IMG/VR virus record: IMGVR_UViG_2563366978_000001
Strand: one strand, 5' to 3'
DNA: 47,048 bases
Source of the DNA: a virus
Lineage: Duplodnaviria; Heunggongvirae; Uroviricota; Caudoviricetes
Notes under the pieces: model-generated
What the model saw: the letters and a program-made list of their open reading frames with translations, nothing else
What the model was told of the DNA's origin: nothing
The model's database searches: none
In this document: one piece after another, positions 42,728 to 47,048 of the stretch
Position numbering within the stretch: position 1 is the stretch's first letter
Layout of the letters: the number at the start of each line of letters is the position of its first letter
Position numbers and translations under genes: made by a program

Positions 42728-43008
42728 TGAAAGATTTAACACTCAAATTTGCCGACAGGGCCGACTTTTCGGCCTTTATGGATAGCACTGGCTATTATGA
42801 TGACGAGTCGATGCAGGATGATATTCTTATTGACGTGATAGGTAACGTGTACAAAGAAACCGGAGAACTGACTGAAGATGGCGAACCGGTATGTGTTAAG
42901 GAAGACGGATATTTTGTAAACGTGCGCATCATTAATGATTCGCAAATATCGTCATTATTCGATGAATACGTGGTTGCTGTTGAGCATCAACTTCGTGGCT
43001 GGATGTGA
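42727..43008 (+). CDS. Hypothetical acidic protein, 93 aa, between the two fibre genes
   Basis: ORF coupled to the stf stop. Confidence 0.45.
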   Translation: MKDLTLKFADRADFSAFMDSTGYYDDESMQDDILIDVIGNVYKETGELTEDGEPVCVKEDGYFVNVRIINDSQISSLFDEYVVAVEHQLRGWM

Positions 43009-43017
43009 GGAAGAATA

Positions 43018-44058
43018 ATGGCTACATCGACAGTAATTCCTGATGACATCAAAACGCTAAAATCCGATGTTAGCAAATTAAAAAACGATCAAGGAAGCTA
43101 CGTAACAAAATCATATGTAGACAGCAAAAATGAAACCGTTAATGACTGGTCTGCTGCATGGTATCAGCAGGTACTGCCAACTAGCGGAGCTATATTTGGG
43201 CGAAAACTTCGCTCAACTCACAGGACGGCAGGTGTTGAGGATGCGTATTGCGAACTATACCTTAAAAAATGGATAGACAGCCCAGGGAACGCAATGGCGC
43301 GCCTTAACCTGAACGATAACGGTGAAAATATTTGCTGGGATTTTACCAACCTTTACGGCGGAACAATGATCTTCCCTGGTACTTCAGGCTATCTGAAAAT
43401 GGGGAACTGTCTCATGTCGTATAGTGTGCGGGGAAGTAACGCGCTTATTAAGTTTGATTACACCGACACATTACAGATCAAATATGCTAATCATGGGTCA
43501 ACCATGACATTAACCACACAGGGATCCGCTCACGCTGGCGTAACAACTAGACTATGGGGTAATTCTAGCCGTCCGGTTGTTTATGAAGTTGGCGTAGATG
43601 AGGCTCTGTATATGTTCTACGCACAGAAAACTACCAGCAATACCTACGAATTAACGGTTAACGGCGCGTGCAATGCAAGTGCATTTAATCAAGGCTCTGA
43701 CCGGGATCTGAAAGACAATATTCAGGTGATCGATAATGCAACCGACCGCATTCGTAAAATGAACGGCTATACATACACGCTTAAAGAAAACGGTATGCCT
43801 TACGCTGGTGTTATTGCACAAGAAACCCTGGAAGCCATCCCCGAAGCCGTAGGGTCTATGATGAAATATCCAGACGGCGGGAGTGGATTAGATGGAGAAG
43901 AAGGTGAACGGTATTACACTGTAGATTATTCTGGTGTTACTGGCTTGCTTGTTCAGGTAGCCAGAGAGTCAGACGACAGAATAACAGCACTGGAAGAAGA
44001 AAACGCAGAATTAAAACAAAGATTATCTGCAATTGAGGCGGCGCTTGCGTCTAAATAA
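43018..44058 (+). CDS. Tail fibre/spike-like protein with C-terminal intramolecular chaperone (S74-type) domain
   Basis: C-terminal ...SDRDLKDNIQVIDNATDRIRKMNGYTY... and terminal coiled coil typical of self-cleaving fibre chaperone domains. Confidence 0.6.
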   Translation: MATSTVIPDDIKTLKSDVSKLKNDQGSYVTKSYVDSKNETVNDWSAAWYQQVLPTSGAIFGRKLRSTHRTAGVEDAYCELYLKKWIDSPGNAMARLNLNDNGENICWDFTNLYGGTMIFPGTSGYLKMGNCLMSYSVRGSNALIKFDYTDTLQIKYANHGSTMTLTTQGSAHAGVTTRLWGNSSRPVVYEVGVDEALYMFYAQKTTSNTYELTVNGACNASAFNQGSDRDLKDNIQVIDNATDRIRKMNGYTYTLKENGMPYAGVIAQETLEAIPEAVGSMMKYPDGGSGLDGEEGERYYTVDYSGVTGLLVQVARESDDRITALEEENAELKQRLSAIEAALASK

Positions 44059-44085
44059 TATTAAGGGGCCGAGCGCCCCGTTTTA

Positions 44086-44388
44086 TTGGGTGGGATGAAA
44101 ATGGATATAACACCTTTCCTTCATGCACTTTGTGCTGTGGCTGCGCAGGTACTGGTTGGTCTTTTTACCGGAAACTGGGCTTACGGGGCGATAGCCGGTT
44201 GTACATTCTTCATTGCGCGGGAACACACCCAGGCAGAATATCGCTGGATTGAAATGTTCGGGCATGGCAAGCGTATGAATATGCCGTGGTGGGGCGGTTT
44301 TGATCTACGCGCGTGGGATGTAGCAAGCCTGATGGATTTTGCTGTGCCGGTGGTGGCGTGTTTACTTGTATTTATATTTTTTGAATAA
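44086..44388 (+). CDS. Small membrane protein, about 100 aa (possible superinfection-exclusion type cargo)
   Basis: Two hydrophobic segments; AT-rich; function is a guess. Confidence 0.4.
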   Translation: MGGMKMDITPFLHALCAVAAQVLVGLFTGNWAYGAIAGCTFFIAREHTQAEYRWIEMFGHGKRMNMPWWGGFDLRAWDVASLMDFAVPVVACLLVFIFFE

Positions 44389-44393
44389 AATTA

Positions 44394-44428
44394 AGACCCC
44401 ATCTATAACTGATGGGGTCTATTCTATT
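44394..44428. terminator. Hairpin AGACCCCATC-TATAACT-GATGGGGTCT between convergent genes; likely bidirectional terminator
   Basis: 10-bp stem flanked by A/T-rich sequence on both sides. Confidence 0.6.
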
Positions 44429-44436
44429 TTCTGCTA

Positions 44437-45426
44437 TTAGTTATTTTTTACATCGGAAGAATTTCCAAACGCCTCCTCAAGAATAGATTCAATTTTACTC
44501 ATTAGGTGCGATGGTATTTTTCTGTTATCTAATTTTAATGTTGTGAAATTTTTCCCATATTTCGCCACAACACCGTCTCCATATTTCTTTTCCCTTTTCT
44601 CTCCATGTGAATTGTTTTTCTCAACAATAATGAAATCATGAAGAGCCTGTATTATTCTTTGCGCATCTAAACTTTCACCTGATTTTTTCATCCTCAGCAA
44701 CTGAGATGCAGCATTTTTCATGGCTGCTTCCTGTCCCTGATATGCTTTAAAAAGAGCGTCTCCTGCTCTGGCTGATAACTCACCAGGATGGTTAAATATT
44801 GCCAATATATCTTTAGGTAAACCGGCTGTATTAATACATCGGCTGATAATATTTCTATCCACGCCTTCGGCTTCAGCTAAAGATTTTACGTTACCGTCAA
44901 ATTCATGGAGCCTTCGCAGGTATCTTTTCCCCCTTTCATAGGCGCTGATAGGTCTATAGTCGTTGCCTATCTGCGATAACCATTGCATTTGTTCATCATC
45001 TAAATCGCCAATAAGAACACGATAATCGCATCCAGTTATAATGGCTGCTTTACGTCTTCGAGAACCATCAGCTACTTCAACAATACCTGACACTTTTCTT
45101 GCGAAAGCCGGATTTTGTTGCCCAGAAGTTAGAAAAGATGGAATTAAATCAGCTAGAGAAGATTCATTTAATAAATCTTGATCACGCTCATTACCTAGCC
45201 ATACCATTGTTGCCATTTCTACTTTATCTGCGGGGATCGTTTCTAACTTAAAGTTAACATTACGTCCGCATACTGGCAAAGTTATGCTATTACCGGTTAA
45301 TGAACTCAGTTGACGTTTTAAATCACCAACCATAGGTGATACCGGCTGATGTTCAGGTGCATGATGATTATTACTCATAATGCGATTAATATCCGGAGCA
45401 TTTTTTAGAAGAGAGCGTTGTTTCAT
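44437..45426 (-). CDS. sopB: Partition protein SopB (ParB family)
   Basis: 329 aa; conserved block ITLPVCGR...SGNERDQ...DGSRRRKAA...GNDYRP as in F SopB. Confidence 0.95.
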   Translation of the reverse strand: MKQRSLLKNAPDINRIMSNNHHAPEHQPVSPMVGDLKRQLSSLTGNSITLPVCGRNVNFKLETIPADKVEMATMVWLGNERDQDLLNESSLADLIPSFLTSGQQNPAFARKVSGIVEVADGSRRRKAAIITGCDYRVLIGDLDDEQMQWLSQIGNDYRPISAYERGKRYLRRLHEFDGNVKSLAEAEGVDRNIISRCINTAGLPKDILAIFNHPGELSARAGDALFKAYQGQEAAMKNAASQLLRMKKSGESLDAQRIIQALHDFIIVEKNNSHGEKREKKYGDGVVAKYGKNFTTLKLDNRKIPSHLMSKIESILEEAFGNSSDVKNN

Positions 45427-46592
45427 TCTTCGTTCTCCCAGCGAGGTTTTATTAGATCATCAAAAATTTCTCGACAAACAGGGTCCCATATAGAGACGGC
45501 ATTTCTCCATGCATTAAGTGTTGAACGCTGGTTTGCCGCTTGTTCAAATACTGTTCGCATTTTTATCTGACCTTTACCTACTTCATCGGTAACGCGTACA
45601 ACCTGACGTAATACCATTGATCCCCATGTATTTCTTATTTGCTCTTCCATCCATCGTGATTGATTTCCTGTAGTGAGACTATATTTAGTCAGAAGCAAGC
45701 GAACGGTCGGCTCAAATCCGCCTAGGTCAACGCTTTCTAGGAGATCGAGAAGCATTGTGAAAAACTGTAGAACAGAGGCGTAATCAAATAATTCTGCAGG
45801 GGTAGCAACAACGATAACGTCAGCTGCGCAAACAACGTTAATGGTTCCTGTACCGAGGTTTGGAGCACTATCTATAACGATAACATCGTAGTTATCCCAA
45901 ACTGATTCTATAGCTGCGCGTAGCATCAGGTGAGGAGGGTGAGGCAATTTACCCTGAGCATGATATTGCATGAGATCTGTTTCTATACGGTGTAAAGCTA
46001 GGCAGCTAGGAATAATGTCCAGTCCAGGCCAGCATGTTGGTTTTATAGCATATTCAGCGTTATCGCGTTCGCCCAAGTAAAATGGCAGTAAAGTATCCTC
46101 GGCATGTATATGTAAATCAGGTACATAACCGTGATACATGGAGGCTGTTCCCTGAGGATCGTTACCTTCAACTAAAAGAACACGATGACCTTGTAATGCT
46201 AGCCATTGTGCCTGATGTACTGCAGACGATGTTTTATAAACGCCGCCTTTGTGTGACATAACAGCAAGCACAACTGGGTTTTTATCTTGTGGCCGTTGGT
46301 TTGGGTTGCCAAAAACAGCTCGCATACTATTGATTTGATCTATGGTATAACCGGCACGACGTTCAACTCTTCCTCTCATTTCAAAGTCAGGTGCAGGTAA
46401 ACGCCCGTTCTTCTCAGCATCTCTTATTGCTTGAGGAGTTACACCAATTAAATCTGCTACTTCAGTTATCCCCCATCTACGCGTGATACGCCGAGCTTCA
46501 GGACTATCATCACCGAATTGAGCTATAGCAATTGCTTGGGTCATTTCTTGACCGCGCGTAACACAATCTTGTAATAACTTTTTCAAAGACAT
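45423..46592 (-). CDS. sopA: Partition ATPase SopA (ParA family)
   Basis: 389 aa; Walker A KGGVYKTS and long blocks identical to F SopA. Confidence 0.95.
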   Translation of the reverse strand: MSLKKLLQDCVTRGQEMTQAIAIAQFGDDSPEARRITRRWGITEVADLIGVTPQAIRDAEKNGRLPAPDFEMRGRVERRAGYTIDQINSMRAVFGNPNQRPQDKNPVVLAVMSHKGGVYKTSSAVHQAQWLALQGHRVLLVEGNDPQGTASMYHGYVPDLHIHAEDTLLPFYLGERDNAEYAIKPTCWPGLDIIPSCLALHRIETDLMQYHAQGKLPHPPHLMLRAAIESVWDNYDVIVIDSAPNLGTGTINVVCAADVIVVATPAELFDYASVLQFFTMLLDLLESVDLGGFEPTVRLLLTKYSLTTGNQSRWMEEQIRNTWGSMVLRQVVRVTDEVGKGQIKMRTVFEQAANQRSTLNAWRNAVSIWDPVCREIFDDLIKPRWENEE

Positions 46593-46613
46593 ACTGTCAT
46601 CTCCAGCTTATAA

Positions 46614-46691
46614 CTTTGCTTAATAATTATTGCTTTGCATATTTCTAGCAAATTGACATAGAAAAAGCAAAGTAAAACAAAAAAGGCAAAG
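46614..46691. promoter_or_regulatory. sopAB promoter/operator: CTTTGC hexamers at 46614-46619 and 46633-46638, inverted GCAAAG at 46667-46672 and 46686-46691
   Basis: Direct reading; F SopA autoregulates through CTTTGC repeats (from memory). Confidence 0.5.
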
Positions 46692-46882
46692 ACGAAGATT
46701 TGAGCAAAATCATCTTTTGTTTTATCCCTTAAATGCAAAAAAAAACAACGACAGGCTCATAACAAATTGATAATAAAGGATTTTTTAAAAGAAAGGAAAT
46801 CGTATAAAACTAGTGAAACATGATGAAAATCATCAATGAGATACGTTTCCTCTATTTATTCTCCTAATCCTCACCAACAAAA

Positions 46883-47022
46883 GAACACAATCAAAGATCG
46901 TAAAACAACAATAATAATTCACACAAAATAAAGAACACAAATACAGAAAACAACAACACAATAAAAACAAGAGAACACAAGCTATAAATATTACACCAAT
47001 AGAGAACACTAATCAAGAACAT
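46883..47022. repeat. Right telomere-proximal repeat array: AGAACAC at 46883, 46933, 46973, 47003, and AGAACAT at 47016
   Basis: Direct reading; spacing shortens toward the end (50, 40, 30, 13 bp). Confidence 0.65.
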
Positions 47023-47048
47023 ATCAGCACATAATTCCCCATTATACG
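47022..47048. other. Half of the telomere resolution palindrome (telO/telRL-like): TATCAGCACATAATTCCCCATTATACG
   Basis: Matches the N15 telRL half-site TATCAGCACACAATTGCCCATTATACGC as I remember it with 2 mismatches; the window ends one base short of the predicted symmetry centre. Confidence 0.8.

Noticed and set aside
46883-47022. Possible CRISPR array from the regularly spaced AGAACAC repeats
   Set aside because: Repeat unit is only 7 bp, spacing is irregular and shrinking, there are no cas genes, and it sits at the telomere.

Overview
The window reads as a near-complete N15-like linear plasmid-prophage (a temperate phage maintained as a linear plasmid with hairpin telomeres), not an integrated prophage. 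All calls are from reading the sequence and recalling lambda, N15, F and phage 21 proteins; no searches were run. Layout: left telomere-proximal repeats, protelomerase telN (149-2050), a three-gene translationally coupled antirepressor operon, an AT-rich lipoprotein/membrane cargo module, repA primase-helicase (5591-9586), cB/cro immunity switch with two palindromic operators, early genes including a DEDDh exonuclease and a toxin-antitoxin pair, an orphan DNA methyltransferase, a pinholin/SAR-endolysin/Rz/Rz1 lysis cassette, a lambda-type cos site (20721-20732), a nearly lambda-identical head and tail gene set Nu1 to J (20910-39620), lom, a mosaic side tail fibre region, and sopBA partition genes. 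The right end stops in a half telomere-resolution palindrome (47022-47048); the matching left half is not present. No integrase, tRNA, rRNA or CRISPR array was seen. The most interesting signals are five dispersed copies of a sopC-like palindrome (putative centromeres), a perfect LexA box in front of a small ORF (candidate SOS-controlled antirepressor), and the uncharacterised AT-rich cargo modules.
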